Below are positions 8,845-17,456 of a DNA stretch of 64,000 bases, in pieces (the stretch's first letter is position 1; every line of letters begins with the position of its first letter). This DNA comes from a virus (Duplodnaviria > Caudoviricetes), in IMG/VR virus record IMGVR_UViG_3300039156_000048, positions 1 to 64,000 of that record; one strand, written 5' to 3'. Position numbers and translations under genes: made by a program. The notes under the pieces were generated by a model. That model saw only the letters and a program-made list of their open reading frames with translations. It had not been told where the DNA came from and made no database searches.

Positions 8845-9051
8845 GTATTTTAATCAAAAAACATTATAAAAACAATGTATATAATAATGTAATACTATTC
8901 ACTATATACAATGCTATGCGATACATAGTATTAATGTATAGTATGGATAAACTTTGAGTATAGAATGAGTAAACAAAGAATGACTTGCATAAACACTGCA
9001 TAAACAATGCATATCATGTATACCATGATATACCAAATATACCAAAGCCCC

Positions 9052-9428
9052 TGTGGATAACTTTACCGGCAGCCTGTGGATAACTATTTATTCCTGACAT
9101 TATAGTCAAAATGTTAGGCAGAATATGACAAAAAATGTGGATAACTTTTGCCTGGAGCCTGTGGATAACTTTTATGCAGTGATGTATAATGATTGATAGC
9201 AATTGAATTGTATACAATATATACATATGTTTATACATTGTTACAAAAAAGTAACAAATTCTTAACAATTTACGCAAAAATGTAACAAATTTGTAATAAA
9301 TAGCCTACTCCTATCTCATTATTACCTTGATTTCTCAATTTATCACCTTGATTTCACTATTTCCACCACACAAGGACCCGCTATAAGGCCATAAGAGCCA
9401 CTGATCAGCCCTATCTTGGTTATCCACA
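9052..9428. promoter_or_regulatory. cluster of five perfect DnaA boxes
   Basis: TGTGGATAA at 9052, 9075, 9136, 9160; TTATCCACA at 9420. Confidence 0.8.
9093..9118. other. dif-like palindrome, copy 1
   Basis: CCTGACATTA-tagtca-AAATGTTAGG. Confidence 0.55.
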
Positions 9429-9644
9429 GGGTATACAAGCGTCAACTGGGTATACATTTGAATAAATCTTGCATAAGCAACTGCCTCATCTCTCCCTTCA
9501 GCCCTCTCTCAGACGATTTACAGGTACACTAGTGTACTGACCCTTTACGCTGAAACCTTTTTCTTATACATAAGAATATACATTTAGTAGATCCCCTTGA
9601 AAAAGGGTCATGTTTAAGGTTGAATAGATAGTGGTATACTATAA

Positions 9645-9660
9645 AGTTTCACGTGAAACA
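9645..9660. promoter_or_regulatory. parS-like site (ParB/Spo0J)
   Basis: AGTTTCACGTGAAACA, 15/16 match to TGTTTCACGTGAAACA. Confidence 0.7.
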
Positions 9661-10055
9661 ATTTGGACTAAGTGAATGATATACCAAAGGTTAGAAGGAA
9701 CGCAAATAAATGGGTTTTCCATTTTAAGTGACGATAATCATTCTTAGGCTCTCGCCTGCCGTGTTGGGTTAGAATTTAGCCCATCCTATGAACCCAGCGT
9801 ACCCTTCAAGTTACAAATTCGATTAAATGAGAAAACTAACCGAGTGTACTTATAGAACCCCCGGCAAAGGGTGCAGAAACTGACCACAATTACGCTGCAT
9901 CTTATGTTGTTAAGTGCGGCTAATCGCTTGTTCGGAGACGAATGAGTTACTTGATATGTCACGGCTTGCAACCTGTTTAGCCTGATGGGGCTTGAGGAAA
10001 CATGGTGCTGGCCAAAATAATCCTTCTATTAGACGCGTGCGTGCGTATGCGCGCG

Positions 10056-10500
10056 TTTTATATATACTATATATAAGTATATTAACCAGTAAGATAGTAG
10101 TACTATATACTCTATTAAACTATATAGATAATTACTATATAGTTCCTGAGTACTATATAGATCTTTTTTATACTTAAATATAATAACTTATAAACTATAA
10201 CGGAGTATATATACCAGTTAGCTAACTAGTAGGATAGTAGGTATATATACTGCTTACTATATAAACGACTAACAAGTACTGTTCCTAATTAGTATATACG
10301 TCTTCTTTAAATTAAAATAAAGTATATAACCTATAGCTATATATATATAACCAGTTAGCTAACTAAGGCTTGTAATACAGTATATAGTTCTTAGGACTAT
10401 ATAGTCTTTTATTAAGTACTAAAAGAAAGAAATAGGGTAGTATATGTTACTCTTATATACCTAATAGGACTATAATCAGTAAGTTATCAGGTATATATAA
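10056..10500. repeat. very AT-rich TATA-repeat low-complexity tract
   Basis: repeated TATATA; palindrome AGTTAGCTAACT at 10216 and 10353. Confidence 0.7.
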
Positions 10501-10579
10501 TAGGGACAGGATTAACCTTAAGAAGCACGGCGAGGGGACCTTTCCGTATCGTTTTAATTTCTATGCTCTAATCCACTGA

Positions 10580-10951
10580 TTATAACTAATAGATTTTGAT
10601 GCTCCTCTTTTTACTAAGGCAAATACCTTACCCCTATATGTGCCGTGTCTTAAACGCTGATTATAAGTAGTCGATTTGGACCGTAGATCGAATCCTGGAA
10701 GGGTGGCTCCACCCCCGCAGCACGGAAGAGGAACCTTCCTCGCCGCGTCGAACAGCGTTATGCACATAATTATACATCGTGGTGTTTATCACTCATAATT
10801 TTATAGATTCATTTTAAGCTCCAATTCCATTAGTTATAACTAGTTGATTTGGAGCATCACTTTCCACTAAGGCAAATACCTTGCCTTAATATTTCAACTC
10901 TCTATCTCCTGATTATAAGTAGTCGATTTAGGGTAAGGATCGAATCCTGGA
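10580..10951. repeat. two copies of an about 120-bp block element (third copy at 58510)
   Basis: shared blocks TTATAACTA, ACTAAGGCAAATACCTT, CTGATTATAAGTAGTCGATTT, GATCGAATCCTGGA. Confidence 0.8.
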
Positions 10952-11026
10952 GAGGGGTGTCCCCGGAGAAGCGTGGAGAGGATCACCTGCATAAAATATA
11001 CATATACAAAAATAATATGCAAAAGG

Positions 11027-11065
11027 GTGTCCGAAAATCGACTCATTCGTCCATCTATAAGTATA
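11027..11065 (+). promoter_or_regulatory. putative phage-specific promoter
   Basis: GTGTCCGAAAATC-N11-CCATCT-ATAAGTATA upstream of the first rightward gene. Confidence 0.55.
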
Positions 11066-11118
11066 GAGGGGTTATGAGAGACATACCACCGCCTCAAAAA
11101 AATTAAGGGGAGAAAACA

Positions 11119-11481
11119 TTGGCTAACACAAAGGAATTACAGAAACGGATCAGGGAACTCAAGAAGAACTTCAAGGGGGCTGGGGATGCTTACAAGGCTT
11201 GGCAGCAGGCAGCGGAGACACAGGATATCCGGCGCAACAGCCTGTACAGCGCGTATCGGAACATCGCGGTAACGGCCTGCACGTCGGCTTATGAACTCAC
11301 GGAAGTGCTTGATCTGGTGGACGCGGAGCTGACTATGTCCAGGGTACAGGAAGCAGAGGTCAAGCCTGTGATGGAAGCGCCCCCGCAGTCCAGCGGATAT
11401 GTGACCGGATTCACGAAGACTCAGAAAGATGAGATTTATGAGATCGAGAAAGAAATAAAGAAGGAGAAAAACGCAGAGTGA
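11119..11481 (+). CDS. hypothetical coiled-coil protein
   Basis: TTG after AAGGGGAG. Confidence 0.6.
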   Translation: MANTKELQKRIRELKKNFKGAGDAYKAWQQAAETQDIRRNSLYSAYRNIAVTACTSAYELTEVLDLVDAELTMSRVQEAEVKPVMEAPPQSSGYVTGFTKTQKDEIYEIEKEIKKEKNAE

Positions 11482-11921
11482 AGTTTGTACTGAGCAATGA
11501 CATCAACAGTAGGCTGAGTACGGTCGCTGTGATGGCTAATGGAGAAAGGGCGGTTGCTATCTTCCCGACGGAACAGGCCCTGAAGGACTACGAAGAAGTC
11601 GTGGATATGATAGGGGAGAAAATGGATACCCCGGGGTTGACCTTCGATACTCTGGCAAGCGTCAAGAAGGACGCTGTATGGGAAGACAAGCACGGAGAGG
11701 CTATCCTGGGGTTAATTATTGATGATGTTGGCGGCTTCGTCAACGCTGCGCTCAAGCATCTGGGGATCGACCTCCCCGTCATCTACGCCATGGTGAAAGA
11801 CAACGGGAACTCTTTTGTCCTGGCTCCACCCAGCGAAGACGGCTTTACGATCCCATCACCCGACCAGGTAGCTGAGATTATTACCAAGTCTCAGGACGGC
11901 GTCCTGGTCGTCAAAGAATAA
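11478..11921 (+). CDS. hypothetical protein
   Basis: GTGA overlap, AAGGAG RBS. Confidence 0.6.
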   Translation: MKFVLSNDINSRLSTVAVMANGERAVAIFPTEQALKDYEEVVDMIGEKMDTPGLTFDTLASVKKDAVWEDKHGEAILGLIIDDVGGFVNAALKHLGIDLPVIYAMVKDNGNSFVLAPPSEDGFTIPSPDQVAEIITKSQDGVLVVKE

Positions 11922-11929
11922 GGGGAACT

Positions 11930-12460
11930 ATCTCTGACAAAGAGATTATAGCGGTCGAAGACGTTTCGGCGGAAGAGGAAAAGACCACCACGCAAACAGG
12001 CTCAAGCACCCACAAGATTTCATCCTGGGACTATCTGAGCCTCTCCGAACATAGAGTTGTCAAACAATTGATTCGCACTCGCAGTCTGGTCGATAAGTAT
12101 TATACGTCAGTACAATACGGATCCGGTAATGTCCTTGAAACATCAGGGGTCTTTACCTTCGACGAAGACATTTTGACAACCTACTTTGACCTAGACGCCT
12201 TAATAAGCGAGTGCGGACTGACTGAACTTGAGATGGATATCGTGACCTCTATGATGGATGGTTACACAGTCAGGGACATTGTGGAAGAACGGGATTACGC
12301 AGACGGAAGGGCTGTACTCAACAGACTGGATGATGCGGTGGAGAAGATTGCTTTCAGGAACAATGAGCGATGGGCTGAATCCATCGAGAAGGCGCACCAC
12401 CGGCGTTGCCAAAAAGTAATTGATAAAAGAAAAGAACAAAAGAGAAAAGATTTAATATAA
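11930..12460 (+). CDS. sigma region-4/LuxR-like HTH protein (start uncertain: ATC 11930 or TTG 12068)
   Basis: LTELEMDIVTSMMDGYTVRDIVEE..VLNRLDDAVEKIA HTH pattern; frame is open back to an RBS at 11920. Confidence 0.5.
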   Translation: MSDKEIIAVEDVSAEEEKTTTQTGSSTHKISSWDYLSLSEHRVVKQLIRTRSLVDKYYTSVQYGSGNVLETSGVFTFDEDILTTYFDLDALISECGLTELEMDIVTSMMDGYTVRDIVEERDYADGRAVLNRLDDAVEKIAFRNNERWAESIEKAHHRRCQKVIDKRKEQKRKDLI

Positions 12461-12577
12461 ACAATATATTAATCAAACAAATAAAGAATAAAAACAACAA
12501 ACAAAAAACAATTTTGAAACAAACCGTGGACTTTTTCAATACATCTCTCATAAGTATATAGGAAGGTCTTTAAAAAG

Positions 12578-13255
12578 ATGACAAAGATTTTTAGGTTGAA
12601 TCTCCCAGACGGAACGGTTGATGAAATTTCCTACGATGAGCAGACGGACAAAGCTGCCATTGCTGAGAAGTATCTTGCCGCATGGGGTGGCTACATTGAG
12701 CGCAACTGGCTCTCAAATGACCACGAGGACAAGATGTGCGGGGAGAACAGGGTCAAGCGTTTTATGGAAAGCATCTCTGCCTTTATTCTCATGGGGGATA
12801 CCAGCGACACAATCACCGAATGGGGTGAAAGAAAAACCAAACAATGTGAAGTTCTTATACCGATGGGGCAAGAGGGAGCTCTTTATGGCGTTCCTGGTGA
12901 TGTGATATCCCAAATCGAGACCGCTCCGCCAGCGTTTACGCAGAAGAAAATCATTGCGCGGCAGAAGCGCTTTCCTGAGCAAGGCTCGTTTTCGCGGATT
13001 GAAGCCTTTAAACGCGAAAATCCTCATGCGGTGTTCTCCTTTTACCATGTAGACACGGAAGGTTGTTTTACGGCAGGCGGTTCAAGGTACAGGATTTCGG
13101 ATGAGGTCAAGGAATATAAAGGCAAGAAGACAAAAAGCGGTCTGCGGTATGACATGGACAGGATCATCGTCGTGACGAAACCCAATGGTGAAAAGGTATT
13201 TTTGAATCAATGGGGATATGAAATCCCTCAAGGCTCTGTAACAGAAATAAAATAA
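12578..13255 (+). CDS. hypothetical protein
   Basis: 225-aa ORF, GGAAGG RBS, CCG-N23-ATAAGTATA upstream. Confidence 0.65.
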   Translation: MTKIFRLNLPDGTVDEISYDEQTDKAAIAEKYLAAWGGYIERNWLSNDHEDKMCGENRVKRFMESISAFILMGDTSDTITEWGERKTKQCEVLIPMGQEGALYGVPGDVISQIETAPPAFTQKKIIARQKRFPEQGSFSRIEAFKRENPHAVFSFYHVDTEGCFTAGGSRYRISDEVKEYKGKKTKSGLRYDMDRIIVVTKPNGEKVFLNQWGYEIPQGSVTEIK

Positions 13256-13267
13256 TATTTTAGGAGG

Positions 13268-13489
13268 ATGCCGCATATGGCAATCTATCTGAGAAACCCT
13301 GAAAACCTTCGTCCCTGGGGACATGCGGCAAGCCTTTATGCCAGTACTAAGCAAGAGATTATCGCCGCCGGTTCAACTGTCACAACCGTAAATGAGGGAA
13401 CAATCGTAGTCATTCCCGGCTCTGACTGTATCACCAAGCTTGGTGAAGTCCTTCTCCTTGACCCCGTGGACGGATGGGGCGAGATTTAA
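13268..13489 (+). CDS. hypothetical protein
   Basis: AGGAGG RBS (start may be 13277). Confidence 0.55.
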   Translation: MPHMAIYLRNPENLRPWGHAASLYASTKQEIIAAGSTVTTVNEGTIVVIPGSDCITKLGEVLLLDPVDGWGEI

Positions 13490-13502
13490 GGAGGAATGAC
13501 GA

Positions 13503-14771
13503 ATGAGATTTGATGTTGCCGCCTATAAGGTGGCGCTTAAGAAAGCGCAGGAACTGCTTGAAGGGCAGGATGGCGCGGGAGATATTGGCTTTACAGACCC
13601 GAATGGGAATATCGCGGGGGCTACTGTTGGAGCTGCCCTGGTTGAATTGGGGCTTAGTGTGGCAGGAGCGGTGGCTGATATTGAAAGTAACCATCTGATT
13701 GTTCCCACCGGGGAACGGCCTGCTACCGAGGAAGACTTATACAAAGGCTTACAGATTTTTGATTCGACAGAAAGCAAACCTTACTGGTGCACAACCCCCG
13801 GCGAAAAAGAGGTTGACACACTTGAGGTACTCAACGATGTCATTGTGGCTGGTTCTGTGGACGTTACTCTTAACGGGGTTACTGTCAACACGCAGCTTGC
13901 AGGAGACGTTCCCGCCTTTTACAGCCTGACCATAGACACGGCACCTACATCTGCCGGAGATGTTGTGGTTACCCTTGCGGGGGTTGACACTACAGTTGCG
14001 GTGCTTGCCGAAGATCCTGCGGCTCTCGTCGCGGATAAAATCAGGCTTGCTTTCGCGGGCAATATAGATTGGATTACTTTGGGTGAAGGGGAGACCATAG
14101 GGATTACCGCTGGTTCTCCGGGGCCATCTCCTTCAGGCGCTTATTCTTTTTCAGGCGGCACAACCGGAGCAGCCTCTACGCTTGGTGTTGTTCTTCTTGC
14201 CCCAGGCGTTCTGGCAGACACCATCCCCCAAATTGCTACTAAAATTAGGGACAACACCTACGAAGGCTGGACAACGAGTGGCGAAGGTGAGTTCGTTATT
14301 TTTACCAAGAATTCCATCGGGGCTTGCAGTGCTCCGGCATATACGGATGTTGATACCGGTGTTGCGGCGAGTTTTATCAGGACAAATGAGGGAGTTACAA
14401 CCGTATGGGCAACCTTGCCGGTTTTTACTCCGCCTGAGCTTGAGTATATTGGGGTCAACGAATCAAATGACGAATTTCTGTGCGATCTTCAACAGCAGCG
14501 GGAAGCAAAGGTTTCCATGCTGATGACGAATGCGGGGGCGAAAACTGTAGCGTTTACGGAATGGCCGATATCTGGTCGTTGTGAAGTTTTTCTTGAGATC
14601 ACAACGCTGGCTGCGCCGACTGTCACATGGAATTTCAGTGGCACTGTTCGCTGGGCTGGCGGCTCCGCTCCGGCAATAGAAGCTGGAAAGGTATACCGCA
14701 TCAGTACCTATACTAATGACGGCGGAACAACGTGGGATGCTTATTTGCTTGGGATTATTACGGTATCGTAA
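13503..14771 (+). CDS. putative virion appendage/fibre-like protein
   Basis: Gly/Thr/Ala-rich; nested repeated domain; C-terminal VRWAGGSAP...TNDGGTTW typical of phage fibre tips. Confidence 0.5.
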   Translation: MRFDVAAYKVALKKAQELLEGQDGAGDIGFTDPNGNIAGATVGAALVELGLSVAGAVADIESNHLIVPTGERPATEEDLYKGLQIFDSTESKPYWCTTPGEKEVDTLEVLNDVIVAGSVDVTLNGVTVNTQLAGDVPAFYSLTIDTAPTSAGDVVVTLAGVDTTVAVLAEDPAALVADKIRLAFAGNIDWITLGEGETIGITAGSPGPSPSGAYSFSGGTTGAASTLGVVLLAPGVLADTIPQIATKIRDNTYEGWTTSGEGEFVIFTKNSIGACSAPAYTDVDTGVAASFIRTNEGVTTVWATLPVFTPPELEYIGVNESNDEFLCDLQQQREAKVSMLMTNAGAKTVAFTEWPISGRCEVFLEITTLAAPTVTWNFSGTVRWAGGSAPAIEAGKVYRISTYTNDGGTTWDAYLLGIITVS

Positions 14772-14822
14772 CGGGAGATCAAAATACTGGATTCAAAATA
14801 ACCGATGAAAAGGTGAAGACTG

Positions 14823-15572
14823 TTGACAACGAGGACTTCAAAATCCACTACGGCGAAACAGGGAACCCCTAAACCCAAGGCATCCAGGGATACGAACCAA
14901 TACGCAAATCCTCCGAAGACGCTGGATGAGCATTACTTCTATCGGATGCGGTTGGACGAAGACCAGAAGAAATTCAGGCAGGCCATCTGGGATAAGGACA
15001 TCCAAATCGTGTTCTGTGACGCGAGAGCAGGCACTGGCAAGACAACGATTGCAGTAGCAACCGCAAACCTTCTGGTAAAGTACGGTCTCTATGAAGGCAT
15101 CACCTATATCATCAGCCCGTGTATGGAAGGGGAACTGGGCTTCCTTCCTGGTAGTGCCGAAGAAAAGACGAAGCCGTATGCAACAGCTTTGCAGCAGGCG
15201 CTTCTTGAGTGCGATGAGCAACCAGAACGGGTCATTATCCAGAACGGTTGCGCCAGTGTAAAGGATGGTGCCTATGTGGATTTCATTCCTCATACCTTCC
15301 TTCGTGGAACAAACTTGAAGAACAGGGTTGTAATTTTAGATGAAAGCCAGAACTTCGATGTCTTCTCCCTTAAAAAAGTCTTGACCCGATGCCATGATGA
15401 CGCAAAGGTAATTGTCATCGGGCATAGTGGTCAACGGGACGCTTATCGGGCTGGAGACAGCGCCTTCAAGAGATACATTGAACACTTCAGGCCAGACCCA
15501 CGGGCGGCTGTTTGTGAGTTGTCCATCAACTATCGCGGGTGGCTGGCGAATCATGCGGACGAACTGTACTAA
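14823..15572 (+). CDS. phoH: PhoH-family ATPase
   Basis: ARAGTGKT Walker A, GELGFLPG, FLRG, ILDESQN, LTR. Confidence 0.9.
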   Translation: MTTRTSKSTTAKQGTPKPKASRDTNQYANPPKTLDEHYFYRMRLDEDQKKFRQAIWDKDIQIVFCDARAGTGKTTIAVATANLLVKYGLYEGITYIISPCMEGELGFLPGSAEEKTKPYATALQQALLECDEQPERVIIQNGCASVKDGAYVDFIPHTFLRGTNLKNRVVILDESQNFDVFSLKKVLTRCHDDAKVIVIGHSGQRDAYRAGDSAFKRYIEHFRPDPRAAVCELSINYRGWLANHADELY

Positions 15573-15599
15573 CTGTCCCGGATAGTTACGATTAAACGG

Positions 15600-16090
15600 G
15601 ACATTACGGCTCAAACATTGTTATCAGACCGGCACTGCCGGTAGGATATACACGGCACTTGAGGTCGTGTCATGCGTTGAAGTGTGTGCTGGGTCAGGAT
15701 CCAGAGACACATGAAGCATCCATGGGGTTGGCGGACAACCACAACCTGACTTAGGCACTTTAAATGCAGTGCTGACAGAAAACCGCAACTCAGATCTTAA
15801 CGGGCCTATTTTCTTTAAGAATCCTTTGACCTGCCGATGCGAGGTGAGAAGCGTTAGTAACTATCGTAAGATAAGAACCGAAGCGTGAGAGGCCAGCAAA
15901 CTTTCGGGGGCAAGGATCCGTATGTAAAACCATATGTTGGTCAGTCGGTTTGACTTTGTAGTGTACTCGTCAAAAAACATCGCGAAGTATTTTGGACGCA
16001 ACACCCAACCACCCGATCCCCAGTGACAACTGAACCATGCGGGATGACGACCTGTGTGTGAAAGTTGCCAGCAAGACGGGTGGTTGGATT
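15600..16090 (+). ncRNA. candidate large structured ncRNA
   Basis: about 500 nt with no credible ORF between phoH and tRNA; many hairpins including an 11-bp stem 16005-16015/16077-16087. Confidence 0.45.
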
Positions 16091-16109
16091 ATTTTTAAAA
16101 TTTATATGC

Positions 16110-16185
16110 GCCGACATAGCCCAATTGGCAGGGCACCTGCCTTGTAAGCAGGAGATTGAAGATTCGAGTTCTTCTGTTGGCTCCA
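16110..16185 (+). tRNA. tRNA-Thr(TGT)
   Basis: full cloverleaf: GCCGACA/TGTTGGC acceptor, CCTGC-cttgtaa-GCAGG, GAAGA-TTCGAGT-TCTTC, encoded CCA. Confidence 0.92.
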
Positions 16186-16215
16186 CAATAAAGAGGATTT
16201 TAGGAGGGGACGGCC

Positions 16216-17427
16216 ATTCATAGTCTGAAACGGAACACCCAGGAAACAGAGCAGGAATTCATCTGGCGGCTCGGTGAAGCAAAAACAAACGGAACGCTCG
16301 ACCTTACATGGGAAGAGATTGCAGATATCATTAACAAAGAGTTCAGGGAAGCCGATGATGAATACAGGACGGAAAGCGCTTACCGGAAAGTCTTTACGAC
16401 CGCCAAGCAGTTCTATGAGAATGTCTTCAGCAAAACCCTTGGGGAAGACGAATACCTTGAGGAATTGAACAAGCAGAAGAATGAAGTCTATAAGGCAAAG
16501 CGACAGTTATTTGACCAGCGGAAAGAATACAATAAGATCTTGACAGCGGATGCCCGGAACGAGCATTTGATGGGGGAACTGATACGGGCGGCAGGCAAGC
16601 TGCCAGCAATGGTTAACCTTGACCTAAGACCCAAAGAGGAGAGCGATGAATATAACGAGGCTCTTCTTTTTTTGAGTGACTGGCATGTGGGGCTTGAAGC
16701 GGACAATATCTGGAACCGGTTCAATCAGGATATCCTGCAAGCCCGTGTCAGCAAGCTTGTCAACGATTCCATCCGGTACCTGAAGCGCCACAAACCCAAG
16801 GTGCTCCACATTGCCATCATTGGTGATATGGTTCATGGTGTGCTTCATAACCCCGGCAGGATTGCCTCCAGTGAGCTGGGGGTCGAGCAGTTGATGCAGG
16901 CCAGCGAAATCATTGCGGATGTTGTGAATGAATTGTCAATGTACGTTGAAGAGACGTTGGTTTACAGCACTTATGGCAACCATGCCCGTTCCGTTCAGAA
17001 CTATAAGGACAGCATTCACTCCGATAACCTTGAGCGTCTTATCCCCTGGTGGATGAAACAGCGCTTGAAGGGTATCAAAGAGATTAAGTTTGTTGACGGG
17101 ATCTATGAGTTCCTGCGTATCCGCGTGTGCGGTCAGGAAGTCGGGGCTGTTCACGGCGACCTGGACAGTAAAAAGGAATTGGCGAATGTCATGACGGCAG
17201 TGTTTGACAGAGCGTTTGGCGTCCGTCCCAAGTACGTTGCCATGGGACATATCCACCATACTGAAGACCTTGACGCGAACGGGGTGCGGACAATTGTTGT
17301 CAGCAGCTTGTGCGGCACGGAAGAGTTTGCAAACACTAAGCGGTTTTTCTCAACGCCCTCCCAGACCCTCCTGTTTTTTAACATGGATGGCTTGGAGTGC
17401 CGGTACGATATCACGTTCAACGATTAA
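16216..17427 (+). CDS. calcineurin-like metallophosphoesterase with N-terminal extension (probable ATT start)
   Basis: SDWH, GD, GNH, HGD, GHIH motifs; frame open from 16204, ATT 5 nt after AGGAGGGGA. Confidence 0.8.
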   Translation: MHSLKRNTQETEQEFIWRLGEAKTNGTLDLTWEEIADIINKEFREADDEYRTESAYRKVFTTAKQFYENVFSKTLGEDEYLEELNKQKNEVYKAKRQLFDQRKEYNKILTADARNEHLMGELIRAAGKLPAMVNLDLRPKEESDEYNEALLFLSDWHVGLEADNIWNRFNQDILQARVSKLVNDSIRYLKRHKPKVLHIAIIGDMVHGVLHNPGRIASSELGVEQLMQASEIIADVVNELSMYVEETLVYSTYGNHARSVQNYKDSIHSDNLERLIPWWMKQRLKGIKEIKFVDGIYEFLRIRVCGQEVGAVHGDLDSKKELANVMTAVFDRAFGVRPKYVAMGHIHHTEDLDANGVRTIVVSSLCGTEEFANTKRFFSTPSQTLLFFNMDGLECRYDITFND

Positions 17428-17456
17428 AAGAATGAAGGAAGAAGGAAGGTGGCGCA

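Noticed and set aside
9733-9747. Fur-box-like CGATAATCATTCTTA
   Set aside because: Three mismatches to the 7-1-7 consensus in AT-rich DNA
9014-11106. Short tracked ORFs in the control region
   Set aside because: No RBS, low-complexity translations, overlapping repeats
16041-16077. Hammerhead ribozyme (ATGACGA..GAAA)
   Set aside because: Core is not CUGANGA and stems II and III do not form properly
15600-16090. tmRNA, SRP RNA or group I intron
   Set aside because: No tRNA-like ends, no GGAAGGAAGCAGC, and no P7-type conserved words
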